Positions 1-9,856 of a DNA stretch of 64,000 nt are shown one piece after another. The first letter of the stretch is position 1. Every line of letters begins with the position of its first letter. Source of the DNA: an uncultured bacterium (GTDB lineage: Bacteria > Fidelibacterota > Marinisomatia > Marinisomatales > TCS56); contig CAYTPW010000005.1 of the NCBI GenBank assembly GCA_964439935.1, positions 71,410 through 135,409 of the forward strand. The letters run 5' to 3'. A program made the position numbers and the translations under genes. The notes under the pieces were generated by a model, which was not told where the DNA came from, did not search any database, and saw only the letters and a program-made list of their open reading frames with translations.

Positions 1-2
1 GT

Positions 3-164
3 GGGGAACTGGTAAAGACCTTTAAAAGGGAGGATGCCGCAATCGGTGAACAGGAGTGGGATCAGTTGACCGATGCCCGGCAGCGAACTGCTCCCGGCAT
101 CTATTTCTGGACGGTTGATTCAAACGTGGGTACTGCCAAAGGTACCCTGCTATTGATCAAGTGA
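3..164 (+). CDS. 3' end of a secreted protein with a T9SS/FlgD-Ig-like C-terminal sorting domain (truncated by window start)
   Basis: Frame 3 is open from the window edge: GELVKTFKREDAAIGEQEWDQLTDARQRTAPGIYFWTVDSNVGTAKGTLLLIK*. The GELV..WD...A.GIY....K..LLIK pattern is typical of these CTDs. Directly upstream of a PorV-like gene. Confidence 0.75.
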   Translation, partial: GELVKTFKREDAAIGEQEWDQLTDARQRTAPGIYFWTVDSNVGTAKGTLLLIK

Positions 165-172
165 GGGCCGGA

Positions 173-1120
173 ATGATGAGAAAATCAATTTTACAGATCG
201 CATTATGTGGAATTCTCCTCCCAACCGGTCACTTGTCTGCAGAGTACGGATTTAAATTTACAAAGGCTGGATCTGCCGGTCTCCAGTTCCTCAAAATTGA
301 CGCTGGTAGTCGTGCCAGCGCTCTGGGTGGGGCGGTGGTGTCAGCCACTGCTAATGCTAACGCTGTCTTCTGGAATCCGGCCGGTATCGCCCATGTCTAC
401 AATCCCGAGTGTCAGCTAACGATGAATGACTGGCTGGTGGATTCACGCTATTCTGCCCTAGCCTTGGCCTATCCAATTGGATCGACGGTATTAGCCCTTA
501 GCGCCATTGATTTCAGAATAGCTGAATTTGAGGAGACCACCGTGCTGGCGGCCCAAGGCACCGGCAATATGATCGCTGCCGGTGATATCCAGATCGGACT
601 GGCACTGGCCCGACGTTTTTCCGACCGGCTAAGCATAGGCGGACATCTGAAATACATACAGGAGAATCTGGCCGAATACAGTTTCGATAATATCCTGTTC
701 GATATCGGCACTATCTATTATGCCGGTTTTAGGGATCTCACCTTTGGCTTTGCCTTTCAGCATTTTGGGGCTGACATGCAATTTGCCAACCAGGTTTTCC
801 GGACTCCGCTGTTGTTCCGGGTCGGGATCAGTGATGCAATATTCAACACAAAACTCCATAAGCTGACCTTCAGCATGGATCGGGTGCATCCCACCGATAA
901 TGTGGAATGGATGAATTACGGTCTGGAGTATGATCTGCTGAACCTTATCGCTCTACGCCTGGGCTACCGCCAATACAGGGATCAGGGTGATCTGTCATTT
1001 GGTGCAGGATTAAACTTGCCGGCTATCAGGGAGAGGCGCCTGCGAGTTGATTATTCATTTGTCAACTATGGAGATATATTCGGCAATATAAGTCGATTAA
1101 CTTTAGGTATTACTTTATGA
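173..1120 (+). CDS. PorV/PorQ-family outer-membrane beta-barrel protein
   Basis: ORF 161..1120, likely ATG at 173 or 176. Signal peptide, FLKIDAGSRASALGGA and FWNPAG motifs, alternating beta-strands, C-terminal RLTLGITL. Confidence 0.85.
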   Translation: MMRKSILQIALCGILLPTGHLSAEYGFKFTKAGSAGLQFLKIDAGSRASALGGAVVSATANANAVFWNPAGIAHVYNPECQLTMNDWLVDSRYSALALAYPIGSTVLALSAIDFRIAEFEETTVLAAQGTGNMIAAGDIQIGLALARRFSDRLSIGGHLKYIQENLAEYSFDNILFDIGTIYYAGFRDLTFGFAFQHFGADMQFANQVFRTPLLFRVGISDAIFNTKLHKLTFSMDRVHPTDNVEWMNYGLEYDLLNLIALRLGYRQYRDQGDLSFGAGLNLPAIRERRLRVDYSFVNYGDIFGNISRLTLGITL

Positions 1121-1163
1121 TTTGGCCATTAATTAGTCAAGGCTTGGAAATGTAAGTCAGATT

Positions 1164-2519
1164 ATGATTGCCCGGATAATATCGATCATCATCCCTTTAA
1201 TTATAATGGTGGTTATGTTAATCATCTTTATTTCACCGTCGGTGGAAACGGCCAATGACGGTAAAACTCATATCCGGTACTGGCAAATAACCGGCCAAAA
1301 AGAAGTCGAATCATATCCTGTGCGCGCTTTCAACGCCAAGCAGGATCAAATCGTTGTTGAAGCCACAGCGATACCCTGGCAGGATCATGAAAAGAAAATT
1401 CTGACTGCCGTTTTAAGTGGAAATCCTCCCGATGTCGTTAGCCAATTCGTACCGGTGGTTAAATGGGCTTCGAGGATGGCATTGATCCCACTGGATTCCT
1501 TTATGCGGCGAGATAATTTTGATCCGGAGATATTTTTCCCGGCCTTGTGGGAGGAGATGTCCTACCAGGATCACATTTTTGCCGTACCCATATTCACCGT
1601 TTCTATGGCATTTGCCTATAATAAACGTCTATTTAGAGAGGCTGGTCTCGATCCGGAGAATCCGCCCAAGACTTGGTCGGAAGTTAAACGGGTTGCCCAA
1701 TTGATGGACCGCCGCAACGAACGAGGACAATTTCTTCAGATGGGATTTATTCCCGACTGGCGCTCATTGCAAGTAAACACGCTCCAGACAACGATGTTAA
1801 TGGCCTGGCAATTGGGTGCTGAATTTTTAAGTCCTGACGGGAAAACAGTCAATTTGAATGATCCGGCAATGATCAGGGCACTGCAATGGGTTGTGGATTA
1901 TTACGATCAATATGATATGGACCGAGTACAGTCTTTCAGGGGCAGTTTTGGATATGCCGACCAGAATGAGTTTATTTCCGGAAAAGTAGCAATGATGGTA
2001 ATCGACAGCAGTTTTCCGGAGCAGATCGAACGCTATAATCCGGACCTGGATTACGGTATAGCAGTGATCCCATCATTTGAAGGTTACCCTTCAGCATCCT
2101 CCTCGGGCAGTTTTTGGTTGGGCATACCGCGTGGTGTGAAAAACGTCGAAGAAGCCTGGGAATTCATCAAATTCTTTGTCCAAAAGGATACCCAGTTGGA
2201 AACTTGTTTCGAAACTGAAGAAAATCTGTTTCCCGCAAATCGCTGGGCAGCCTACGATCCTTCATTCAATGCAACTGCAATGACTGATGTATTTGTCCGC
2301 CAGATGGATTTTGCCCATTCACCAGCGATCGTTCCCATGGCTCATGATGTTTTCTGGCGGGAAATGTCTCAACGGGTTCAGGAACGGGTTGTTCTGCATC
2401 TGCGGACACCGGAAGAATCACTGCTGGATGCACAGCATATCATTCAATTGGAACTGGATAAAGCTATTCGGTATGATGAATTTGTCCGGTCGAAAATTAA
2501 GATAACCGAGTTAGATTGA
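1164..2519 (+). CDS. carbohydrate ABC transporter substrate-binding protein (CUT1)
   Basis: N-terminal TM anchor, GNPPDV, YNKRLFREAGLDPENPPKTW and AWEFIKF motifs; followed by two permeases. Confidence 0.9.
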   Translation: MIARIISIIIPLIIMVVMLIIFISPSVETANDGKTHIRYWQITGQKEVESYPVRAFNAKQDQIVVEATAIPWQDHEKKILTAVLSGNPPDVVSQFVPVVKWASRMALIPLDSFMRRDNFDPEIFFPALWEEMSYQDHIFAVPIFTVSMAFAYNKRLFREAGLDPENPPKTWSEVKRVAQLMDRRNERGQFLQMGFIPDWRSLQVNTLQTTMLMAWQLGAEFLSPDGKTVNLNDPAMIRALQWVVDYYDQYDMDRVQSFRGSFGYADQNEFISGKVAMMVIDSSFPEQIERYNPDLDYGIAVIPSFEGYPSASSSGSFWLGIPRGVKNVEEAWEFIKFFVQKDTQLETCFETEENLFPANRWAAYDPSFNATAMTDVFVRQMDFAHSPAIVPMAHDVFWREMSQRVQERVVLHLRTPEESLLDAQHIIQLELDKAIRYDEFVRSKIKITELD

Positions 2520-3439
2520 TGAATCTGTTCGGCACTACATACCGTTCCTTTGTTCATAAACATCAACAGGCGATCTGGGGTTATGTTTTTGCCGCTCCCT
2601 GGATAATCGGTTTTCTTATTTTTGGGATTTATCCGATGGGGATGTCCCTGTATTATAGTTTATGCCAGTTCGATGTTCTACGTATTCCATTATTCATCGG
2701 CTTTGACAATTATAAAACGCTGCTATATGATGATCCCTACTTCTGGACCACAATCTGGAATACGCTGTATTATGTGGGTTTCAGGACGCCATTGTGTATT
2801 TTCGGATCATTACTGTTAGCATCTATGCTGCATAATTCCCTTAGGGGTGCACGGGTGTTCCGAACTGTTTTTTTTATTCCCTCGGTAATCACTGGAGTTG
2901 TCCTGTCGGCCATTTGGTTGTGGATGTACAATCCACAGTATGGATTGATCAATACCATTTTGGCTTCTATTGGCATTCAAGGACCATTATGGTTGCAGAG
3001 TCATGAGTGGTCAAAGCCGGCGATCGTATTAATGAGCCTGTGGTCGATTGGTGGTGGACGGATGCTTGTTTTTCTGGCTGCTTTACAGGGGATTCCCAAG
3101 CACCTGTATGAGGTAGTTGATCTGGATGGTGGCAACTGGTGGCAGAAATTCATACATGTGACTTTGCCATTGATCTCTCCGGTACTATTTTTATGGACTG
3201 TGATGGAAGTTATCATTTCCTTTCAGGTGTTTGTAGAAGCTTATGTGATGACGAAGGGTGGTCCGCTAAATTCGACTTTATTTTATAATCTATACCTGTA
3301 TAACAAAGCATTCGAAGATTACAGTATGGGTTACGCATCTGCTCTGGCATGGTTATTATTAATCATCACCTTAATAATAACAATTTTCCAATTCAAAATC
3401 GGACGACGCTGGGTGTATTACGAAGGAGAACGGAGTTGA
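2516..3439 (+). CDS. sugar ABC transporter permease (MalF/UgpA-like)
   Basis: Multiple TM helices; FLAALQGIPKHLYEVVDLDGG EAA-type loop; MTKGGP. Confidence 0.92.
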   Translation: MMNLFGTTYRSFVHKHQQAIWGYVFAAPWIIGFLIFGIYPMGMSLYYSLCQFDVLRIPLFIGFDNYKTLLYDDPYFWTTIWNTLYYVGFRTPLCIFGSLLLASMLHNSLRGARVFRTVFFIPSVITGVVLSAIWLWMYNPQYGLINTILASIGIQGPLWLQSHEWSKPAIVLMSLWSIGGGRMLVFLAALQGIPKHLYEVVDLDGGNWWQKFIHVTLPLISPVLFLWTVMEVIISFQVFVEAYVMTKGGPLNSTLFYNLYLYNKAFEDYSMGYASALAWLLLIITLIITIFQFKIGRRWVYYEGERS

Positions 3440-4299
3440 TGAGTATTAAACCTCTGTTACTCATAAAGCGGTTGTTCCATTCACCAAGCAGGGTGTTGCA
3501 TTATGTTGTATTGATATTTCTGGCGTTTGTTTTTATCCTGCCATTTTTGTGGATATTCTCTACCTCCTTAAAAGGTTATGAAAATATTTTCAGCCTGCCC
3601 CTGAAATGGATCCCGGATACAATCCACTGGGAAAACTATGTCAAAGTCTTCCAGGCAATGCCATTCCTAGCTTATTTAAAGAATTCCATATTTGTGACCG
3701 GTCTGGCTATACTCGGTACGGTTTTATCGGCTTCTGTGGTTGCCTACTCGTTTGCCATATTACGCTGGCCGGGCCGCGATAAACTATTCATTGTCGTCAT
3801 TGCTACCATGATGTTGCCTGCCCAGGTGACGATGATACCGTTATTCGTTATATTCAAGGAATTTGGCTGGTTGAACACCTTTAAACCATTGATAATCCCC
3901 GCCTTTTTCGGTGGTGGCGCCTTCAATATATTTCTTTTGCGCCAGTTCTTTTTAACAATTCCCCGGGATCTATTTGATGCAGCACGGATTGATGGCTGTT
4001 CCGAATTTCGAATTTACTGGAATATCGTGCTGCCCCTGGCTAAACCGGCGATGGCTACTGTAGCAGTAATGTCATTCATGCTGTACTGGAATGATTTTCT
4101 GGGACCATTAATCTACCTCTCCGACAAATTAAAGAGCACCCTTGCACTTGGCGTGGTGATGTTTGTTGGTCAGCATCAGAGTGAGTGGGCGCTGCTGATG
4201 GTTTCCACCATCCTGATGATGTTGCCGATTATCATTATCTTTTTCCTGTTCCAGCGTTATTTTATCCGTGGATTCATGATGAGCGGTATTAAGGGGTAG
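3439..4299 (+). CDS. sugar ABC transporter permease (MalG/UgpE-like)
   Basis: ATG 3439 overlaps the upstream stop (TGATG). IPRDLFDAARIDGCS EAA motif and WNDFLGPLIYL. Confidence 0.92.
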   Translation: MSIKPLLLIKRLFHSPSRVLHYVVLIFLAFVFILPFLWIFSTSLKGYENIFSLPLKWIPDTIHWENYVKVFQAMPFLAYLKNSIFVTGLAILGTVLSASVVAYSFAILRWPGRDKLFIVVIATMMLPAQVTMIPLFVIFKEFGWLNTFKPLIIPAFFGGGAFNIFLLRQFFLTIPRDLFDAARIDGCSEFRIYWNIVLPLAKPAMATVAVMSFMLYWNDFLGPLIYLSDKLKSTLALGVVMFVGQHQSEWALLMVSTILMMLPIIIIFFLFQRYFIRGFMMSGIKG

Positions 4300-4300
4300 T

Positions 4301-7300
4301 ATGGAATTCAACTTGCAAGTCTCAAAATTCATCATCCGCTGTCTGGTAAGCAGCTCACTCGCTTTGTGCCAGGCTGACACTGAACCAATCAAATTTCCCC
4401 TGGACAAACAGGGTAATATCCCTGTTTGGCTGATAGTTGGCCCTTTTAATCAACCGATTTCCGGGTTTGGTACAATTGATGATGTGGCAAGTATTGATGA
4501 AGTGGGAATACGCCCGCAAGTCGGTCAGGAAATGCAGACAGGCCTAGTTGCTGGTGGAAAAACCAGTTGGAGACCTGTTCAAACAGGAGCACTTGGGTAC
4601 ACTGATATAAATTCGGTAATTGGCTGGACCTTGCCGGCTGATGTACCGGTGATTCCCTGGTATGGACGCGCTGCCTATGCGATGACCTATATTGATAGTC
4701 CAATTGATCAGGACTTGTTATTATTACTTGGCAGCCATAATCGAATCAAGGTACTGGTGAATGGAGTTGAAATATTCAATCATGATGGTTTGCGGGAAGC
4801 AAAACCCGATCAGGATACTGTGGGTATTCATCTGCGTGAAGGCGTAAATACTGTTTTAATAAAAGCTTTTCACACGCATCAGGATTATGGAGCCCAATTC
4901 TTTTTTGATCCGGGCTATGGTTGGGGATTCTATGCCCGTTTAGTAATAGCGGGTGATACACCAGGACCGAATTTGACCATCACGATTCCTGATAATCGTA
5001 CTGAGACCGAATTTGATGTCATATCCACTTTATTCTTTAAACCGGGAAATAGAGGCAAATTGGAACAGCGTTTCGATCTGGAAATCTCATCAGTGGATGA
5101 GACCGCTAGTGGTCATTTGTTATTAACAATTGACGGAAAGATCCATTCAATTGGTCTGCACCAGATTCCTTATGGTCATAGCCGGCATACGTTTTATTTA
5201 TCAGCTGTCAAACAGGAAATCATAGCTGAGTCACAGCTTATCCTGGATTTCAGAACAATAACGGCCAGATTGGAATTACATCCGCGCAAACAATATGAAT
5301 TGCATTTGATGATGCTGTCGCATACGGATATCGGGTATACCCATATTCAACCAATAGTGGAGGAGCGTCACGTTCGAATTCTGGATGAGGTAATTGATAA
5401 ATGTCAGACAGATAAAAAATTCAAGTGGACCATTGAAACGGTCTGGCAGCTGGAACAATATGAACAGTCACGCTCACCGGAACGTTTCCGGCAGCTGATC
5501 GATTTGATTAAATCGGGGCGTATAGCTGTTTCACCAAATTATTCAAATCCATTCACCGGAATGACCAGTGAAGAGGAATTAATCCGTTCTTTTCAAAAAG
5601 CCCGCGGTTATCAAAAGCATTACGGGATCGAATATGGAGCATTGATCTATAACGATACCCCGGGTATGAGCTGGCTGATACCTCAATTGCTGAATGAGAT
5701 CGGAATTGAGTTTCTGGTTTGTGGTATTAATGAAGTGTACACTGATTATCCTTTACAGCGAGCTCTGCCAAGGGCTTTTGAATGGGAAGGTGGCGATGGC
5801 AGTACGGTCATAACCTATATTACTGAGACCTACAATGAAGGCGTTTTATTGGGACTGGAGAAATCAGGTCAGGCGACTGAATACCGGTTATGGCAACGAT
5901 TGAATCAGCTGGAGACCGAGGGTTATTCGTCCAGCAAAGTTTTGGTGAACACGGCCTGGGGTGATAATACCGGTTACCCGCAGGTGCAGTATTCGAATGC
6001 CGTTAAGTGGAATGACCACTATGCATACCCTAAATTTATTATCAGCAATTTGAATCAGTTTGCCAAGACCTTTTTACCGGAGCAGAATGATATAAAAAAA
6101 TTCCGGGGTGATTGGACCTCAGCCTGGAGTACACGATCTCAGGGTGAGCCAGGTTTACAGCGGGATGTTCGCCGGATCCAGAATCAGATTCGAAGTGCAG
6201 AGAAATTGAACACGATCAACTGGTTATCTGACAGTACAATTACACCTTTAAAGTCGGATATCGATGAAGTGTACAAAAATTTACTCTTATTCGACGGTCA
6301 TGGATCAGGTCTTGAGTATGGTTACGGAACAAAGGCGGAAAATCGTCTCACTTTGGATTATCGTGAAGAATATGTTAATCGCGCACGACTGCTTACCCAG
6401 GATGTTTTATCCCGCTCATTACTCCGGCTGTCAATTCCAGAGGAGAGCTTGGCGAGTGAAGCTATTCTAGTCTACAATCCACTAGCTTTTGAAATTGATG
6501 CAGTAATAGAGGTAGGTTATCCATCGGCTTTCAGTCAACCTGTTCAGGTGATTGATTTATCATCGGCAGAAACTTTGCTCAGTTTTACGGCGAATAACAG
6601 GTTTTATTTCAAATCCGCTGCTTTGCCTGCTTTGGGATCTAAGAAATTCCAGTTGATCCGAGTACCTGAATCAGGAATTCTAACAGGCAATAGTGATCTT
6701 GAGATAGGTGCCGATTATATTGCCAATGATAAATATAAAATCACCATCGATAACCAAAATGGGAAAATCACCAGCGTATTCGATCGTCTTGAACAGCGTG
6801 AACTAGTTTCGAACACGACGGATGTCTCATTCTCGGCTCCAATTATAATTAAGCCATATCAGAATAACCGGATCACAGCTTTAGATAGTGGAAATGTCGA
6901 AATTAGTATTATTGATTACCGGCCGGTCAACGTGCACATAGAAATTATTCGACCAGACCATTTATTCAGTCGATCACGATATTCACTCTCCTCTGGTAGC
7001 GATCAGATAGAAATTCTGCACGCGTTGAATCTGGAGCAATTAAATGAGCCGGAATTTCTGGAAGAGTACGGTATCAGCTTCCCGATTAATTTAAAACAGC
7101 GGCAGATTGCTTTGGATCTCGCTGGTGGTTTTGTCACCAGTGAGAATGATATATTACCCGGAGCCCAGACAGGATATTACTCAGTGCGCCGCGGATTTGC
7201 CCTTTTTGATGATGACTATACGATCAATATTGGTCTGGTCGATAGCCGGATTGTCAAAACAGTATTAAAAGCTAAAACAGTTGAATCAGTAACTGCCCTT

Positions 7301-7759
7301 CTGGTGAATAATTTTCCAATAGCCTGGAACAGATCTGAAAAAAATGAAGGTAGTCTGGATTTTCGATTTATTATCAATAGTGGCCCCGGAAGTTTTGAGC
7401 CAGGTTTATTCGTTGACAGATTAGCACTGGCGCTTACTAAACCTATCTCTATACGAAGCTGGCTGCGTAAGGAAAAAAGCAACGTTAGCAATTTTTCCTG
7501 CAATGATGATAATATTCAAATTATTGCAATTGCCCCGTCGATTGAATCAAATGGTTTCATAATTCGTCTGCGCAATAATGATAATACTAAACAGGTTTCT
7601 GGAGAAATAAAATCAACCCATTTTGTAAATCAGATTGCCAGTCAAGTATCTATTTGGGAACAGAAAATCAAAGATTTGGATGTCGCACAAGATTTGATCG
7701 AAATCTCGCTGCTGCCGAGTGAGATACAGACCATCCTTATTGAACCTCGATCAAAATAA
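4301..7759 (+). CDS. GH38-like alpha-mannosidase with an N-terminal ~320-aa accessory beta-domain
   Basis: SHTDIGYT Zn motif, KWTIE, GRIAV, YNDTPG nucleophile region, FEWEGGDGS, RGDWT, C-terminal IIRLRN..P.EIQT. Probable signal peptide. Confidence 0.8.
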   Translation: MEFNLQVSKFIIRCLVSSSLALCQADTEPIKFPLDKQGNIPVWLIVGPFNQPISGFGTIDDVASIDEVGIRPQVGQEMQTGLVAGGKTSWRPVQTGALGYTDINSVIGWTLPADVPVIPWYGRAAYAMTYIDSPIDQDLLLLLGSHNRIKVLVNGVEIFNHDGLREAKPDQDTVGIHLREGVNTVLIKAFHTHQDYGAQFFFDPGYGWGFYARLVIAGDTPGPNLTITIPDNRTETEFDVISTLFFKPGNRGKLEQRFDLEISSVDETASGHLLLTIDGKIHSIGLHQIPYGHSRHTFYLSAVKQEIIAESQLILDFRTITARLELHPRKQYELHLMMLSHTDIGYTHIQPIVEERHVRILDEVIDKCQTDKKFKWTIETVWQLEQYEQSRSPERFRQLIDLIKSGRIAVSPNYSNPFTGMTSEEELIRSFQKARGYQKHYGIEYGALIYNDTPGMSWLIPQLLNEIGIEFLVCGINEVYTDYPLQRALPRAFEWEGGDGSTVITYITETYNEGVLLGLEKSGQATEYRLWQRLNQLETEGYSSSKVLVNTAWGDNTGYPQVQYSNAVKWNDHYAYPKFIISNLNQFAKTFLPEQNDIKKFRGDWTSAWSTRSQGEPGLQRDVRRIQNQIRSAEKLNTINWLSDSTITPLKSDIDEVYKNLLLFDGHGSGLEYGYGTKAENRLTLDYREEYVNRARLLTQDVLSRSLLRLSIPEESLASEAILVYNPLAFEIDAVIEVGYPSAFSQPVQVIDLSSAETLLSFTANNRFYFKSAALPALGSKKFQLIRVPESGILTGNSDLEIGADYIANDKYKITIDNQNGKITSVFDRLEQRELVSNTTDVSFSAPIIIKPYQNNRITALDSGNVEISIIDYRPVNVHIEIIRPDHLFSRSRYSLSSGSDQIEILHALNLEQLNEPEFLEEYGISFPINLKQRQIALDLAGGFVTSENDILPGAQTGYYSVRRGFALFDDDYTINIGLVDSRIVKTVLKAKTVESVTALLVNNFPIAWNRSEKNEGSLDFRFIINSGPGSFEPGLFVDRLALALTKPISIRSWLRKEKSNVSNFSCNDDNIQIIAIAPSIESNGFIIRLRNNDNTKQVSGEIKSTHFVNQIASQVSIWEQKIKDLDVAQDLIEISLLPSEIQTILIEPRSK

Positions 7760-7798
7760 TAAAGTTGAAAAAAAATTGTAACGGAAAGGACAATCGAA

Positions 7799-8662
7799 AT
7801 GAATAAAGCTAACATTAAAGTTGCCATAACCATGCTGCTGATTGCCATGATATCAGGTTGTTTCACCATCTATGAAGTAGATCAACCGGCAACCGCCGAT
7901 GCAGGATCTGAAATTCAGATGATAGTAACAGCAAGTACCAATTCTGATGATACCGGCACAAAATATGGAATCCTGGGACTGCTGCTGCCCGTCGACTGGG
8001 TAGTTAACACGGTTACCTATGACGGTGATCTGGGAACTGGTACCTTTCGCTCCCTGGAAGATTGCCTACCAGATAGTTATCCCAGCACTCTTGACAGTTG
8101 CTGGTCGGATACACTGGAGCTGCGTTATCCTACTGATGATAATATGCACTGGGAAGTCTGGGAGAGTGTAGAGGGTTATATACCAACAGAAGACACCAAT
8201 TATGTTGATATAACCATTATTGTAACCGTTGGCATTACGGCGGGCACCTATAATCTTGGGTATTTATTTTCTGAAAGTGCACTTGAAATTGTAGGCTTGA
8301 CTCCAGGTTATGAGGAATTTGGTTATGATCATACTACCAGTTTTGACAACATGATCACGGTAGCTGCAGTTAGTATTGATGAAAACACTAGCGGACCAAC
8401 CTCATTTAGTCTGGGGCAGAATTATCCAAATCCATTCAACCCAAAAACTCAAATTGAATACTCTCTGGATGCCACTTCCATGGTTGAATTGACGGTATAC
8501 GATGTATCAGGACGACTGATTCAAACCCTGGTGAATAAAGTCCAAACACCTGATAATTATCAGGTCGTTTTTAATGCTGATAACCTACCAAGCGGTACTT
8601 ATTTTTATCGCTTAAAGGCCGGTTCCAGTGTGGAAACAAGGAAAATGGTATTATTGCAATAA
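7799..8662 (+). CDS. secreted protein with a DUF4961-like N-terminal domain and T9SS type A sorting domain
   Basis: Signal ending ISGC; C-terminal QNYPNPFNP..VYDVSGRLI..SGTYFYRL..RKMVLLQ. Confidence 0.8.
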   Translation: MNKANIKVAITMLLIAMISGCFTIYEVDQPATADAGSEIQMIVTASTNSDDTGTKYGILGLLLPVDWVVNTVTYDGDLGTGTFRSLEDCLPDSYPSTLDSCWSDTLELRYPTDDNMHWEVWESVEGYIPTEDTNYVDITIIVTVGITAGTYNLGYLFSESALEIVGLTPGYEEFGYDHTTSFDNMITVAAVSIDENTSGPTSFSLGQNYPNPFNPKTQIEYSLDATSMVELTVYDVSGRLIQTLVNKVQTPDNYQVVFNADNLPSGTYFYRLKAGSSVETRKMVLLQ

Positions 8663-8689
8663 CTGATAAAAAGTATGCTGTGGCAGGAT

Positions 8690-8722
8690 ATACCTGGTCA
8701 TAAATCAATGACCAGGTATTTT
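8690..8722 (+). terminator. intra-operon stem-loop (terminator or mRNA stabiliser)
   Basis: ATACCTGGTCAT-aaatca-ATGACCAGGTAT perfect 12-bp stem followed by TTT. Confidence 0.6.
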
Positions 8723-8750
8723 AAGCCATATCATAGATAAAGGATTCTAA

Positions 8751-9848
8751 ATGACGGCGATGAAATACCGGTTGGTAGTTAAGGCGATCCGTGATCTGGG
8801 ACCACAGTTTATCGATAATGATTACCGGATGGTCGGGCAGGATGGTGCCTATTCGATACCGTTGGCTGATAAAACGTTATGGTTTTTTGGTGACACATTG
8901 ATTGGTGAGCGGGCGCCCGGTGAAAGTTTATGGTATGTGGAAAAGAACTCGATCGAACCAAAAGCACTGGTCGAGGGCTGGAATAAGATTGACAGGATAA
9001 TCCACAATACTGGTGCTTTAGTACCAGATCAATCGAAACGGAATGGAATATCGGAATATAGTCATATTCGTAATCCCGACGGCAGCCTTAAGCAACTGAT
9101 TGATCTGCTACCAGACGAAGATCATGAACTTGATCGAATATGGTGCTTTCATGGCCTGAATATGGGAGATAATCTGTACCTGTATTATCAAAAGATCAAG
9201 ATGATCGAGGATGAGGATAATCCATTTCCGGTGGCATTTGAAGTTATTGGTTCAGGCTTGTCAAAAGGTGATACGAATGCTTGGGAGTTCGAGCGTCTGG
9301 AATTCAATGATTCGACCATAATCTGGCCAGCAATCCGGCCACAGTTTGGTGCAGTTGTACTCACAGCGACAGATTATCTGTACCTCTATGGTGTATTAAG
9401 AGATAATACAGCTGGTATCCAGAACGTTTATGTGGCGCGGGTCCCATGTTCCTCAATCGAGGATTTTGCTGCTTATGAATACCTGGTCGATGGTAGTAAA
9501 ACCAATTGGAGTACTGATATTGAACAGGCCGACATCGTTTTCTCTGGTCCTCCGAACGAATTATCGGTTTCATTTAACCGACATTTAGACAGTTACCTGG
9601 CTGTTCACAGTCAGGATGTATCAGGAATCATAGTTGGTCGAACCGCCCCGAATCCCTGGGGACCCTGGTCTGAACCAATAACATTACATACTGTCACACC
9701 ACCAAAGAAAAAAATCCCATATCCCACATTGATCTATGCCGGCAAAGAGCATCCTGAATTGGCACGTGATGATGGACGCAGAATTTATGTAACCTACGTG
9801 GAATTTGAAGAATACTTCCCACATTTAATAGAAATTGAACTGGTTTAA
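8751..9848 (+). CDS. DUF4185-family (GH183-like) putative glycoside hydrolase, no signal peptide
   Basis: GQDGAYSIPL..LWFFGDT, YLYLYG, YVARV, PNELSV, TAPNPWGPWSEP, YAGKEHP motifs. Confidence 0.75.
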   Translation: MTAMKYRLVVKAIRDLGPQFIDNDYRMVGQDGAYSIPLADKTLWFFGDTLIGERAPGESLWYVEKNSIEPKALVEGWNKIDRIIHNTGALVPDQSKRNGISEYSHIRNPDGSLKQLIDLLPDEDHELDRIWCFHGLNMGDNLYLYYQKIKMIEDEDNPFPVAFEVIGSGLSKGDTNAWEFERLEFNDSTIIWPAIRPQFGAVVLTATDYLYLYGVLRDNTAGIQNVYVARVPCSSIEDFAAYEYLVDGSKTNWSTDIEQADIVFSGPPNELSVSFNRHLDSYLAVHSQDVSGIIVGRTAPNPWGPWSEPITLHTVTPPKKKIPYPTLIYAGKEHPELARDDGRRIYVTYVEFEEYFPHLIEIELV

Positions 9849-9856
9849 ATTTTCTA

